Assembly: GCA_964016885.1 (NCBI GenBank)
Contig: OZ024742.1
Coordinates: 195,300,001-195,364,000, forward strand
Direction of reading: 5' to 3'
From: Eledone cirrhosa
Lineage: Eukaryota
DNA: 64,000 nt
The notes beneath the pieces were generated by a model. That model saw only the letters and a program-made list of their open reading frames with translations, was not told the origin of the DNA and ran no database searches. The position numbers and the translations under genes were made by a program. Below, piece by piece: positions 15,001 through 29,505 of the stretch (positions are counted from its first letter, which is position 1; each line of letters starts with the position of its first letter).

Positions 15001-18000
15001 CCCCTCCTTCATTACATTACAGTGGACAACCTCTTCCTCCCCTCCTTCATTACACTACAGTGGATAACCTCTTTCTCCCCTCCTTCATTACACTGCAGTG
15101 GACAACCTCTTCCTCCCCTCCTTCTATACACTACAGTGGACAACCTCTTCCTCCCCTCCTTCATTACATTACAGTGGACAACCTCTTCCTCCCCTCCTTC
15201 ATTACACTACAGTGGACAACCTCTTCCTCCCCTCCTTCATTACAATACAGTGGACAACCTCTTCCTCCCCTCCTTCATTACACTACAGTGGACAACCTCT
15301 TCCTCCCCTCCTTCATTACATTACAGTGGACAACCTCTTCCTCCCCTCCTTCATTACATTACAGTGGACAACCTCTTCCTCCCCTCCTTCATTACATTAC
15401 AGTGGACAACCTCTTCCCCCCCCCCTCATTCATTACATTACAGTGGACAACCTCTTCCTCCCCTCCTTCATTACATTACAGTGGACAACCTCTTCCTCCC
15501 CTCCTTCATTACAATACAGTGGACAACCTCTTCCTCCCCTCCTTCATTACATTACAGTGGACAACCTCTTCCTCCCCTCCTTCATTACATTACAGTGGAC
15601 AACCTCTTCCTCCCCTCCTTCATTACAATACAGTGGACAACCTCTTCCTCCCCTCCTTCATTTCATTACAGTGGACAACCTCTTCCTCCGCCATTACATT
15701 ACAGTGGACAACCTCTTCCTCCCCTCCTTCATTACATTACAGTGGACAACCTCTTCCTCCCCTCCTTCATTACACTACAGTGGACAACCTCTTCCTCCCC
15801 TCCTTCATTACACTACAGTTGACAACCTGTTCCTCCCCTCCTTCATTACACTACAGTGGACAACCTCTTCCTCCCCTCCTTCATTACACTACAGTGGATA
15901 ACCTCTTCCTCCCCTCCTTCATTACATTACAGTGGACAACCTCTTCCTCCCCTCCTTCATTACATTACAGTGGACAACCTCTTCCTCCCCTCCTTCATTA
16001 CATTACAGTGGACAACCTCTTCCTCCCCTCCTTCATTACATTACAGTGGACAACCTCTTCCTCCCCTCCTTCATTACATTACAGTGGACAACCTCTTCCC
16101 CCCCCTCCTTCATTACATTACAGTGGACAACCTCTTCCTCCCCTCCTTCATTACATTACGGTGGACAACCTCTTCCTCCCCTCCTTCATTACAATACAGT
16201 GGACAACCTCTTCCTCCCCTCCTTCATTACATTACAGTGGACAACCTCTTCCTCCCCTCCTTCATTACATTACAGTGGACAACCTCTTCCGCCCCTCCTT
16301 CATTACAATACAGTGGACAACCTCTTCCTCCCCTCCTTCATTACATTACAGTGGACAACCTCTTCCTCCCCTCCTTCATTACATTACTGTGGACAACCTC
16401 TTCCTCCCCTCCTTCATTACATTACAGTGGACAACCTCTTCCTCCCCTCCTTCATTACATTACAGTGGACAACCTCTTCCTCCCCTCCTTCATTACATTA
16501 CAGTGGACAACCTCTCCCCCCCCCCCCCTCCTTCATTACATTACAGTGGACAACCTCTTCCTCCCCTCCTTCATTACATTACAGTGGACAACCTCTTCCT
16601 CCCCTCCTTCATTACATTACAGTGGACAACCTCTTCCTCCCCTCCTTTATTACATTACAGTGGACAACCTCTTCCTCCCCTCCTTCATTACATTACAGTG
16701 GACAACCTCTTCCTCCCCTCCTTCATTACATTACAGTGGACAACCTCGTCCTCCCCTCCTTCATTACATTACAGTGGACAACCTCTTCCTACCCTCCTTC
16801 ATTACAATACAGTGGGCAACCTCTTCCTCCCCTCCTTCATTACATTACAGTGGACAACGTCTTCCTACCCTCCTTCATTACATTACAGTGGACAACCTCT
16901 TCCCCCCCCTCCTTCATTACACTACAGTGGGCAACCTCTTCCTACCTTCCTTCATTACATTACAGTGGACAACCTCTTCCTCCCCTCCTTCATTACATTA
17001 CAGTGGACAACCTCTTCCTCCCCTCCTTCATTACATTACAGTGGACAACCTCCTTCTCCCCTCCTTCATTACATTACAGTGGACAACCTCTTCCTACCCT
17101 CCTTCATTACATTACAGTGGAAAACCTCTTCCTCCCCTCCTTCATTACATTACAGTGGACAACCTCTTCCTCCCCTCCTTCATTACAATACAGTGGACAA
17201 CCTCTTCCTCCCCTCCTTCATTACATTACAATGGACAACCTCTTCCTCCCCTCCTTCATTACAATACAGTGGACAACCTCTTCCTCCCCTCCTTCATTAC
17301 ATTACAGTGGACAACCTCTTCCTCCCCCCCTCCTTCATTACATTACAGTGGACAACCTCTTCCTCCCCTCCTTCATTACATTACAGTGGACAACCTCTTC
17401 TTCCCCTCCTTCATTACATTAGGCAACCTCTTCCTCCCCTCCTTCATTACATTACAGTGGACAACCTCTTCCTCCCCTCCTTCATTACATTACAGTGGAC
17501 AACATCTTCCCCCCCCCCTCCTTCATTACATTACAGTGGACAACCTCTTCCTCCCCTCCTTCATTACATTACAGTGGACAACCTGTTCCTCCCCCCCTTC
17601 ATTACATTACAGTGGACAACCTCTTCCTCCCCTCCTTCATTACATTACAGTGGACAACCTCTTCCTCCCCTCCTTCATTACAATACAGTGGACAACCTCT
17701 TCCTCCCCTCCTTCATTACATTACAGTGGACAACCTCTTCCTACCCTCCTTCATTACATTACAGTGGACAACCTCTTCCCCCCCTCCTTCATTACATTAC
17801 AGTGGACAACCTCTCCCCCCCCCCTCCTTCATTACATTACAGTGGACAACCTCTTCCTCCCCTCCTTCATTACATTACAGTGGGCAACCTCTTCCCCCCC
17901 CCCTCCTTCATTACATTACAGTGGACAACCTCTTCCTCCCCCCCCACCTTCATTACATTACAGTGGACAACCTCTTCCTCCCCTCCTTCATTACATTACA

Positions 18001-21000
18001 GTGGACAACCTCTTCCCCCCCCCCCACCTTCATTACATTACAGTGGGCAACCTCTTCCTCCCCCCCTCCTTTATTACATTACAGTGGACAACCTCTTCCT
18101 CCCCTCCTTCATTACATTACAGTGGACAACCTCTTTCTCCCCTCCTTCATTACATTACAGTGGACAACCTCTTCCTACCCTCCTTCATTACATTACAGTG
18201 GACAACCTCTTCCTCCCCTCCTTCATTACATTACAGTGGACAACCTCTTCCTCCCCTCCTTCATTACATTACAGTCGACAACCTCTTCCTCCCCTCCTTC
18301 ATTACATTACAGTGGTCAACCTCTCCCCCCCCTCCTTCATTACATTACAGTGGACAACCTCTTCCTCCCCTTCTTCATTACATTACAGTGGACAACCTCT
18401 TCCTACCCTCCTTCATTACATTATAGTGGACAACCTCTTCCTCCCCTCCTTCATTACATTATAGTGGACAACCTCTTCCTCCCCTCCTTCATTACATTAC
18501 AGTGGACAACCTCTTCCTCCCCTCCTTCATTACATTACAGTGGACAACCTCTTCCTCCCCTCCTTCATTACATTACAGTGGACAACCTCTTCCTCCCCTC
18601 CTTCATTACATTACAGTGGACAACCTCTTCCTACCCTCCTTCATTACATTACAGTGGACAACCTCTTCCTCCCCTCCTTCATTACATTACAGTGGACAAC
18701 CTCTTCCTACCCTCCTTCATTACATTATAGTGGACAACCTCTTCCTCCCCTCCTTCATTACATTACAGTGGACAACCTCTTCCTACCCTCCTTCATTACA
18801 ATACAGTGGACAACCTCTTCCCCCCCCCTCCTTCATTACATTACAGTGGACAACCTCTTCCCCCCCTCCTTCATTACATTACAGTGGACAACCTCTTCCC
18901 CCCCCTCCTTCATTACATTACAGTGGACAACCTCTTCCTCCCCTCCTTCATTACACTACAGTGGACAACCTCTTCCTCCCCTCCTTCATTACACTACAGT
19001 GGACAACCTCTTCCTCCCCTCCTTCATTACATTACAGTGGACAACCTCTTCCTCCCCTCCTTCATTACATTACAGTGGACAACCTCCTCCCCCCTCCTTC
19101 ATTACAATACAGTGGACAACCTCTTCCTCCCCTCCTTCATTACACTACAGTGGATAACCTCTTCCTCCCCTCCTTCATTACACTACAGTGGACAACCCCT
19201 TCCTCCCCTCCTTCATTACACTACAGTGGACAACCTCTTCCTCCCCTCCTTCATTACACTACAGTGGACAACCTCTTCCTCCCCTCCTTCATTACACTAC
19301 AGTGGACAACCTCTTCCTCCCCTCCTTCATTACACTACAGTGGACAACCTCTTCCTCCCCTCCTTCATTACACTACAGTGGATAACCTCTTTCTCCCCTC
19401 CTTCATTACACTGCAGTGGACAACCTCTTCCCCCCCTCCTTCATTACACTACAGTGGACAACCTCTTCCTCCCCTCCTTCATTACATTACAGTGGACAAC
19501 CTCTTCCTCCCCTCCTTCATTACACTACAGTGGACAACCTCTTCCTCCCCTCCTTCATTACAATACAGTGGACAACCTCTTCCTCCCCTCCTTCATTACA
19601 TTACAGTGGACAACATCTTCCTCCCATCCTTCATTACATTACAGTGGACAACCTCTTCCTCCCCTCCTTCATTACAATACAGTGGACAACCTCTTCCTCC
19701 CCTCCTTCATTACATTACAGTGGACAACATCTTCCTCCCATCCTTCATTACATTACAGTGGACAACCTCTTCCTCCCCTCCTTCATTACATTACAGTGGA
19801 CAACCTCTTCCTCCCCTCCTTCATTACAATACAGTGGACAACCTCTTCCTCCCATCCTTCATTACAATACAGTGGACAACCTCTTCCTCCCCTCCTTCAT
19901 TACACTACAGTGGACAACCTCTTCCTCCCCTCCTTCATTTCATTACAGTGGACAACCTCTTCCTCCGCCATTACATTACAGTGGACAACCTCTTCCTCCC
20001 CTCCTTCATTACATTACAGTGGACAACCTCTTCCTCCCCTCCTTCATTACACTACAGTGGACAACCTCTTCCTCCCCTCCTTCATTACACTACAGTTGAC
20101 AACCTCTTCCTCCCCTCCTTCATTACACTACAGTGGACAACCTCTTCCTCCCCTCCTTCATTACACTACAGTGGATAACCTCTTCCTCCCCTCCTTCATT
20201 ACATTACAGTGGACAACCTCTTCCTCCCCTCCTTCATTACATTACAGTGGACAACCTCTTCCTCCCCTCCTTCATTACATTACAGTGGACAACCTCTTCC
20301 TCCCCTCCTTCATTACATTACAGTGGACAACCTCTTCCTCCCCTCCTTCATTACATTACAGTGGACAACCTCTTCCCCCCCCCTCCTTCATTACATTACA
20401 GTGGACAACCTCTTCCTCCCCTCCTTCATTACATTACGGTGGACAACCTCTTCCTCCCCTCCTTCATTACAATACAGTGGACAACCTCTTCCTCCCCTCC
20501 TTCATTACATTACAGTGGACAACCTCTTCCTCCCCTCCTTCATTACATTACAGTGGACAACCTCTTCCTCCCCTCCTTCATTACAATACAGTGGACAACC
20601 TCTTCCTCCCCTCCTTCATTACATTACAGTGGACAACCTCTTCCTCCCCTCCTTCATTACATTACAGTGGACAACCTCTTCCTCCCCTCCTTCATTACAT
20701 TACAGTGGACAACCTCTTCCTCCCCTCCTTCATTACATTACAGTGGACAACCTCTTCCTCCCCTCCTTCATTACATTACAGTGGACAACCTCTTCCTCCC
20801 CTCCTTCATTACATTACAGTGGACAACCTCTTCCCCCCCCCCTCCTTCATTACATTACAGTGGACAACCTCTTCCTCCCCTCCTTCATTACATTACAGTG
20901 GACAACCTCTTCCTCCCCTCCTTCATTACATTACAGTGGACAACCTCTTCCTCCCCTCCTTCATTACATTACAGTGGACAACCTCTTCCTCCCCTCCTTC

Positions 21001-24000
21001 ATTACACTACAGTTGACAACCTCTTCCTCCCCTCCTTCATTACATTACAGTGGACAACCTCTTCCTCCCCTCCTTCATTACATTACAGTGGACAACCTCT
21101 TCCTCCCCTCCTTCATTACATTACAGTGGACAACCTCTTCCTCCCCTCCTTCATTACATTACAGTGGACAACCTCTTCCTCCCCTCCTTCATTACATTAC
21201 AGTGGACAACCTCTTCCTCCCATCCTTCATTACAATACAGTGGACAACCTCTTCCTCCCCTCCTTCATTACATTACAGTGGACAACCTCTTCCTCCCCTC
21301 CTTCATTACACTACAGTGGACAACCTCTTCCTCCCCTCCTTCATTACATTACAGTGGACAACCTCTTCCTTCCCTCCTTCATTACATTACAGTGGACAAC
21401 CTCTTCCCCCTCTCCTTCATTACATTACAGTGGACAACCTCTCCCCCCCCTCCTTCATTACATTACAGTGGACAACCTCTTCCTGCCCTCCTTCATTACA
21501 TTACAGTGGACAACCTCTTCCTACCCTCCTTCATTACATTACAGTGGACAACCTCTTCCTACCCTCCTTCATTACATTACAGTGGACAACCTCTTCCTCC
21601 CCTCCTTCATTACATTACAGTGGACAACCTCTTCCTCCCCTCCTTCATTACATTACAGTGGACAACCTCTTCCTCCCCTCCTTCATTACATTACAGTGGA
21701 CAACCTCTTCCTCCCCTCCTTCATTACATTACAGTGGACAACCTCTTCCTCCCCTCCTTCATTGCATTACAGTGGACAACCTCTTCCTCCCCTCCTTCAT
21801 TACATTACAGTGGAAAACCTCTTCCTCCCCTCCTTCATTACATTACAGTGGACAACCTCTTCCTCCCCTCCTTCATTACAATACAGTGGGCCACCTCTTC
21901 CTCCCCTCCTTCATTACATTACAGTGGACAACCTCTTCCTACCCTCCTTCATTACATTACAGTGGACTACCTCTTCCTCCCCTCCTTCATTACATTACAG
22001 TGGACAACCTCTTCCTCCCCTCCTTCATTACATTACAGTGGACAACCTCTTCCTCCCCTCCTTCATTACATTACAGTGGACAACCTCTTCCTCCCATCCT
22101 TCATTACATTACAGTGGAAAACCTCTTCCTCCCCTCCTTCATTACATTACAGTGGACAACCTCTTCCTCCCCTCCTTCATTACAATACAGTGGACAACCT
22201 CTTCCTCCCCTCCTTCATTACATTACAGTGGACAACCTCTTCCTCCCCTCCTTCATTACATTACAGTGGACAACCTCTTCCTCCCCTCCTTCATTACATT
22301 ACAGTGGAAAACCACTTCCTCCCCTCCTTCATTACATTACAGTGGACAACCTCTTCCTCCCCTCCTTCATTACATTACAGTGGGCAACCTCTTCCTACCC
22401 TCCTTCATTACATTACAGTGGACAACCTCTTCCTCCCCTCCTTCATTACAATACAGTGGACAACCTCTTCCTCCCCTCCTTCATTACATTACAGTGGACA
22501 ACCTCTTCCTCCCCTCCTTCATTACATTACAGTGGACAACCTCTTCCTCCCCTCCTTCATTACATTACAGTGGACAACCTCTTCCTCCCCTCCTTCATTA
22601 CATTACAGTGGACAACCTCTTCCTCCCCTCCTTCATTACATTACAGTGGACAACCACTTCCCCCCCCCCTCCTTCATTACATTACAGTGGACAACCTCTT
22701 CCTCCCCTCCTTCATTACATTACAGTGGACAACCTCTTCCTCCCCTCCTTCATTACATTACAGTGGACAACCTCTTCCTCCCCTCCTTCATTACATTACA
22801 GTGGACAACCTCTTCCTCCCCTCCTTCATTACACTACAGTTGACAACCTCTTCCTCCCCTCCTTCATTACATTACAGTGGACAACCTCTTCCTCCCCTCC
22901 TTCATTACATTACAGTGGACAACCTCTTCCTCCCCTCCTTCATTACATTACAGTGGACAACCTCTTCCTCCCCTCCTTCATTACATTACAGTGGACAACC
23001 TCTTCCTCCCCTCCTTCATTACATTACAGTGGACAACCTCTTCCTCCCATCCTTCATTACAATACAGTGGACAACCTCTTCCTCCCCTCCTTCATTACAC
23101 TACAGTGGACAACCTCTTCCTCCCCTCCTTCATTACATTACAGTGGACAACCTCTTCCTTCCCTCCTTCATTACATTACAGTGGACAACCTCTTCCCCCT
23201 CTCCTTCATTACATTACAGTGGACAACCTCTCCCCCCCCCCCCTCCTTCATTACATTACAGTGGACAACCTCTTCCTGCCCTCCTTCATTACATTACAGT
23301 GGTCAACCTCTTCCTACCCTCCTTCATTACATTACAGTGGACAACCTCTTCCTACCCTCCTTCATTACATTACAGTGGACAACCTCTTCCTCCCCTCCTT
23401 CATTACATTACAGTGGACAACCTCTTCCTCCCCTCCTTCATTACATTACAGTGGACAACCTCTTCCTCCCCTCCTTCATTGCATTACAGTGGACAACCTC
23501 TTCCTCCCCTCCTTCATTACATTACAGTGGACAACCTCTCCCCCCCCCCCTCCTTCATTACATTACAGTGGACAACCTCTTCCTCCCCTCCTTCATTACA
23601 TTACAGTGGACAACCTCTTCCTACCCTCCTTCATTACAATACAGTGGACAACCTCTTCCCCCCCCTCCTTCATTACATTACAGTGGACAACCTCTTCCAC
23701 CCCTCCTTCATTACATTACAGTGGACAACCTCTTCCCCCCCCCTCCTTCATTACATTACAGTGGACAACCTCTTCCTCCCCTCCTTCATTACATTACAGT
23801 GGACAACCTCTTCCTCCCCTCCTTCATTACACTACAGTGGACAACCTCTTCCTCCCCTCCTTCATTACATTACAGTGGACAACCTCTTCCTCCCCTCCTT
23901 CATTACATTACAGTGGACAACCTCCTCCCCCCCTCCTTCATTACAATACAGTGGACAACCTCTTCCTCCCCTCCTTCATTACACTACAGTGGATAACCTC

Positions 24001-27000
24001 TTCCTCCCCTCCTTCATTACACTACAGTGGACAACCCCTTCCTCCCCTCCTTCATTACACTACAGTGGACAACCTCTTCCTCCCCTCCTTCATTACACTA
24101 CAGTGGACAACCTCTTCCTCCCCTCCTTCATTACACTACAGTGGACAACCTCTTCCTCCCCTCCTTCATTACACTACAGTGGACAACCTCTTCCTCCCCT
24201 CCTTCATTACACTACAGTGGATAACCTCTTTCTCCCCTCCTTCATTACACTGCAGTGGACAACCTCTTCCCCCCCTCCTTCATTACACTACAGTGGACAA
24301 CCTCTTCCTCCCCTCCTTCATTACATTACAGTGGACAACCTCTTCCTCCCCTCCTTCATTACACTACAGTGGACAACCTCTTCCTCCCCTCCTTCATTAC
24401 AATACAGTGGACAACCTCTTCCTCCCCTCCTTCATTACATTACAGTGGACAACATCTTCCTCCCATCCTTCATTACATTACAGTGGACAACCTCTTCCTC
24501 CCCTCCTTCATTACAATACAGTGGACAACCTCTTCCTCCCCTCCTTCATTACATTACAGTGGACAACATCTTCCTCCCATCCTTCATTACATTACAGTGG
24601 ACAACCTCTTCCTCCCCTCCTTCATTACATTACAGTGGACAACCTCTTCCTCCCCTCCTTCATTACAATACAGTGGACAACCTCTTCCTCCCATCCTTCA
24701 TTACAATACAGTGGACAACCTCTTCCTCCCCTCCTTCATTACACTACAGTGGACAACCTCTTCCTCCCCTCCTTCATTTCATTACAGTGGACAACCTCTT
24801 CCTCCGCCATTACATTACAGTGGACAACCTCTTCCTCCCCTCCTTCATTACATTACAGTGGACAACCTCTTCCTCCCCTCCTTCATTACACTACAGTGGA
24901 CAACCTCTTCCTCCCCTCCTTCATTACACTACAGTTGACAACCTCTTCCTCCCCTCCTTCATTACACTACAGTGGACAACCTCTTCCTCCCCTCCTTCAT
25001 TACACTACAGTGGATAACCTCTTCCTCCCCTCCTTCATTACATTACAGTGGACAACCTCTTCCTCCCCTCCTTCATTACATTACAGTGGACAACCTCTTC
25101 CTCCCCTCCTTCATTACATTACAGTGGACAACCTCTTCCTCCCCTCCTTCATTACATTACAGTGGACAACCTCTTCCTCCCCTCCTTCATTACATTACAG
25201 TGGACAACCTCTTCCCCCCCTCCTTCATTACATTACAGTGGACAACCTCTTCCTCCCCTCCTTCATTACATTACGGTGGACAACCTCTTCCTCCCCTCCT
25301 TCATTACAATACAGTGGACAACCTCTTCCTCCCCTCCTTCATTACATTACAGTGGACAACCTCTTCCTCCCCTCCTTCATTACATTACAGTGGACAACCT
25401 CTTCCTCCCCTCCTTCATTACAATACAGTGGACAACCTCTTCCTCCCCTCCTTCATTACATTACAGTGGACAACCTCTTCCTCCCCTCCTTCATTACATT
25501 ACAGTGGACAACCTCTTCCTCCCCTCCTTCATTACATTACAGTGGACAACCTCTTCCTCCCCTCCTTCATTACATTACAGTGGACAACCTCTTCCTCCCC
25601 TCCTTCATTACATTACAGTGGACAACCTCTTCCCCCCCCCTCCTTCATTACATTACAGTGGACAACCTCTTCCTCCCCTCCTTCATTACATTACAGTGGA
25701 CAACCTCTTCCTCCCCTCCTTCATTACATTACAGTGGACAACCTCTTCCTCCCCTCCTTCATTACATTACAGTGGACAACCTCTTCCTCCCCTCCTTCAT
25801 TACACTACAGTTGACAACCTCTTCCTCCCCTCCTTCATTACATTACAGTGGACAACCTCTTCCTCCCCTCCTTCATTACATTACAGTGGACAACCTCTTC
25901 CTCCCCTCCTTCATTACATTACAGTGGACAACCTCTTCCTCCCCTCCTTCATTACATTACAGTGGACAACCTCTTCCTCCCCTCCTTCATTACATTACAG
26001 TGGACAACCTCTTCCTCCCATCCTTCATTACAATACAGTGGACAACCTCTTCCTCCCCTCCTTCATTACATTACAGTGGACAACCTCTTCCTCCCCTCCT
26101 TCATTACACTACAGTGGACAACCTCTTCCTCCCCTCCTTCATTACATTACAGTGGACAACCTCTTCCTTCCCTCCTTCATTACATTACAGTGGACAACCT
26201 TTTCCCCCTCTCCTTCATTACATTACAGTGGACAACCTCTCCCCCCCCCCTCCTTCATTACATTACAGTGGACAACCTCTTCCTGCCCTCCTTCATTACA
26301 TTACAGTGGACAACCTCTTCCTACCCTCCTTCATTACATTACAGTGGACAACCTCTTCCTACCCTCCTTCATTACATTACAGTGGACAACCTCTTCCTCC
26401 CCTCCTTCATTACATTACAGTGGACAACCTCTTCCTCCCCTCCTTCATTACATTACAGTGGACAACCTCATCCTCCCCTCCTTCATTACATTACAGTGGA
26501 CAACCTCTTCCTCCCCTCCTTCATTACATTACAGTGGACAACCTCTTCCTCCCCTCCTTCATTGCATTACAGTGGACAACCTCTTCCTCCCCTCCTTCAT
26601 TACATTACAGTGGAAAACCTCTTCCTCCCCTCCTTCATTACATTACAGTGGACAACCTCTTCCTCCCCTCCTTCATTACAATACAGTGGGCCACCTCTTC
26701 CTCCCCTCCTTCATTACATTACAGTGGACAACCTCTTCCTACCCTCCTTCATTACATTACAGTGGACTACCTCTTCCTCCCCTCCTTCATTACATTACAG
26801 TGGACAACCTCTTCCTCCCCTCCTTCATTACATTACAGTGGACAACCTCTTCCTCCCCTCCTTCATTACATTACAGTGGACAACCTCTTCCTCCCATCCT
26901 TCATTACATTACAGTGGAAAACCTCTTCCTCCCCTCCTTCATTACATTACAGTGGACAACCTCTTCCTCCCCTCCTTCATTACAATACAGTGGACAACCT

Positions 27001-29220
27001 CTTCCTCCCCTCCTTCATTACATTACAGTGGACAACCTCTTCCTCCCCTCCTTCATTACATTACAGTGGACAACCTCTTCCTCCCCTCCTTCATTACATT
27101 ACAGTGGAAAACCACTTCCTCCCCTCCTTCATTACATTACAGTGGACAACCTCTTCCTCCCCTCCTTCATTACATTACAGTGGGCAACCTCTTCCTACCC
27201 TCCTTCATTACATTACAGTGGACAACCTCTTCCTCCCCTCCTTCATTACAATACAGTGGACAACCTCTTCCTCCCCTCCTTCATTACATTACAGTGGACA
27301 ACCTCTTCCTCCCCTCCTTCATTACATTACAGTGGACAACCTCTTCCTCCCCTCCTTCATTACATTACAGTGGACAACCTCTTCCTCCCCTCCTTCATTA
27401 CATTACAGTGGACAACCTCTTCCTCCCCTCCTTCATTACATTACAGTGGACAACCACTTCCCCCCCCCCTCCTTCATTACATTACAGTGGACAACCTCTT
27501 CCTCCCCTCCTTCATTACATTACAGTGGACAACCTCTTCCTCCCCTCCTTCATTACATTACAGTGGACAACCTCTTCCTCCCCTCCTTCATTACATTACA
27601 GTGGACAACCTCTTCCTCCCCTCCTTCATTACACTACAGTTGACAACCTCTTCCTCCCCTCCTTCATTACATTACAGTGGACAACCTCTTCCTCCCCTCC
27701 TTCATTACATTACAGTGGACAACCTCTTCCTCCCCTCCTTCATTACATTACAGTGGACAACCTCTTCCTCCCCTCCTTCATTACATTACAGTGGACAACC
27801 TCTTCCTCCCCTCCTTCATTACATTACAGTGGACAACCTCTTCCTCCCATCCTTCATTACAATACAGTGGACAACCTCTTCCTCCCCTCCTTCATTACAC
27901 TACAGTGGACAACCTCTTCCTCCCCTCCTTCATTACATTACAGTGGACAACCTCTTCCTTCCCTCCTTCATTACATTACAGTGGACAACCTCTTCCCCCT
28001 CTCCTTCATTACATTACAGTGGACAACCTCTCCCCCCCCCCTCCTTCATTACATTACAGTGGACAACCTCTTCCTGCCCTCCTTCATTACATTACAGTGG
28101 TCAACCTCTTCCTACCCTCCTTCATTACATTACAGTGGACAACCTCTTCCTACCCTCCTTCATTACATTACAGTGGACAACCTCTTCCTCCCCTCCTTCA
28201 TTACATTACAGTGGACAACCTCTTCCTCCCCTCCTTCATTACATTACAGTGGACAACCTCTTCCTCCCCTCCTTCATTGCATTACAGTGGACAACCTCTT
28301 CCTCCCCTCCTTCATTACATTACAGTGGACAACCTCTTCCCCCCCCCTCCTTCATTACATTACAGTGGACAACCTCTTCCTCCCCTCCTTCATTACATTA
28401 CAGTGGGCAACCTCTTCCCCCCCCCTCCTTCATTACATTACAGTGGACAACCTCTTCCTCCCCCCCCCCCCACCTTCATTACATTACAGTGGACAACCTC
28501 TTCCTCCCCTCCTTCATTACATAACAGTGGACAACCTCTTCCTCCCCTCCTTCATTACAATACAGTGGGCCACCTCTTCCTCCCCTCCTTCATTACATTA
28601 CAGTGGACAACCTCTTCCTACCCTCCTTCATTACATTACAGTGGACTACCTCTTCCTCCCCTCCTTCATTACATTACAGTGGACAACCTCTTCCTCCCCT
28701 CCTTCATTACATTACAGTGGACAACCTCTTCCTCCCCTCCTTCATTACATTACAGTGGTCAACCGCTTCCTCCCCTCCTTCATTACATTATTGTGGACTA
28801 CCTCTTCCTCCCCTCCTTCATTACATTACAGTGGACAACCTCTTCCTCCCCTCCTTCATTACATTACAGTGGACAACCTCTTCCTCCCCTCCTTCATTAC
28901 ACTACAGTGGACAACCTCTTCCTACCCTCCTTCATTACATTACAGTGGACTACCTCTTCCTCCCCTCCTTCATTACATTACAGTGGACAACCTCTTCCTC
29001 CCCTCCTTCATTACACTACAGTGGACAACCTCTTCCTCCCCTCCTTCATTACATTACAGTGGACAACCTCTTCCTACCCTCCTTCATTACATTACAGTGG
29101 ACAACCTCTTCCTCCCTTCCTTCATTACAATACAGTGGACAACCTCTTCCTCCCCTCCTTCATTACATTACAGTGGACAACCTCTTCCTCCCCTCCTTCA
29201 TTACAATACAGTGGGCCACC
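1..29220 (+). repeat. 38-bp tandem satellite, consensus ACAGTGGACAACCTCTTCCTCCCCTCCTTCATTACATT, about 770 copies; the array continues past the window start
   Basis: The 38-bp periodicity is directly visible throughout. Point variants (TACCC, GCCATT, CACTAC, CAATAC), 5-bp ATTAC deletions and poly-C length variants are present. Confidence 0.99.
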
Positions 29221-29340
29221 TCCTCCGTCATTACATTACAGAAGACCACCACCTCTTTCTTCCCGCACCCCTCCCTCATTACACTGTACATTTACCTATT
29301 TACCTCCTACTCTCCCTCCCTCCTTATATTACAGTGGTCA
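29221..29340 (+). repeat. Degenerate satellite monomers at the array edge
   Basis: CATTACATTACAG, CCCTCATTACACT and CTCCCTCCTTATATTACAGTGG are recognisable diverged monomers. Confidence 0.8.
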
Positions 29341-29415
29341 TTGATAAGACGAGGATCCTTTATCGGCTTTAAACGTCTATTAAAGTACTGCACATTTCGT
29401 TGTCACTAATCATCA

Positions 29416-29505
29416 GTATGTATGTATGTATGTATGTATGTATGTATGTATGTATGTATGTATGTATGTATGTATGTATGTATGTATGTATGTATGTGTG
29501 TGTGT
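29416..29505. repeat. (TATG)n microsatellite
   Basis: Direct reading of the sequence. Confidence 0.98.

Noticed and set aside
35-29409. Giant ORFs, up to 3128 aa, of (VDNLFLPSFITLQWTTSSSPPSLHYSGQPLPPLLHYIT)n
   Set aside because: The 38-bp monomer has no stop in any + frame and cycles through all three frames, so all frames are open at once. The starts are GTG, and indels (5-bp deletions, poly-C changes) do not preserve frame.
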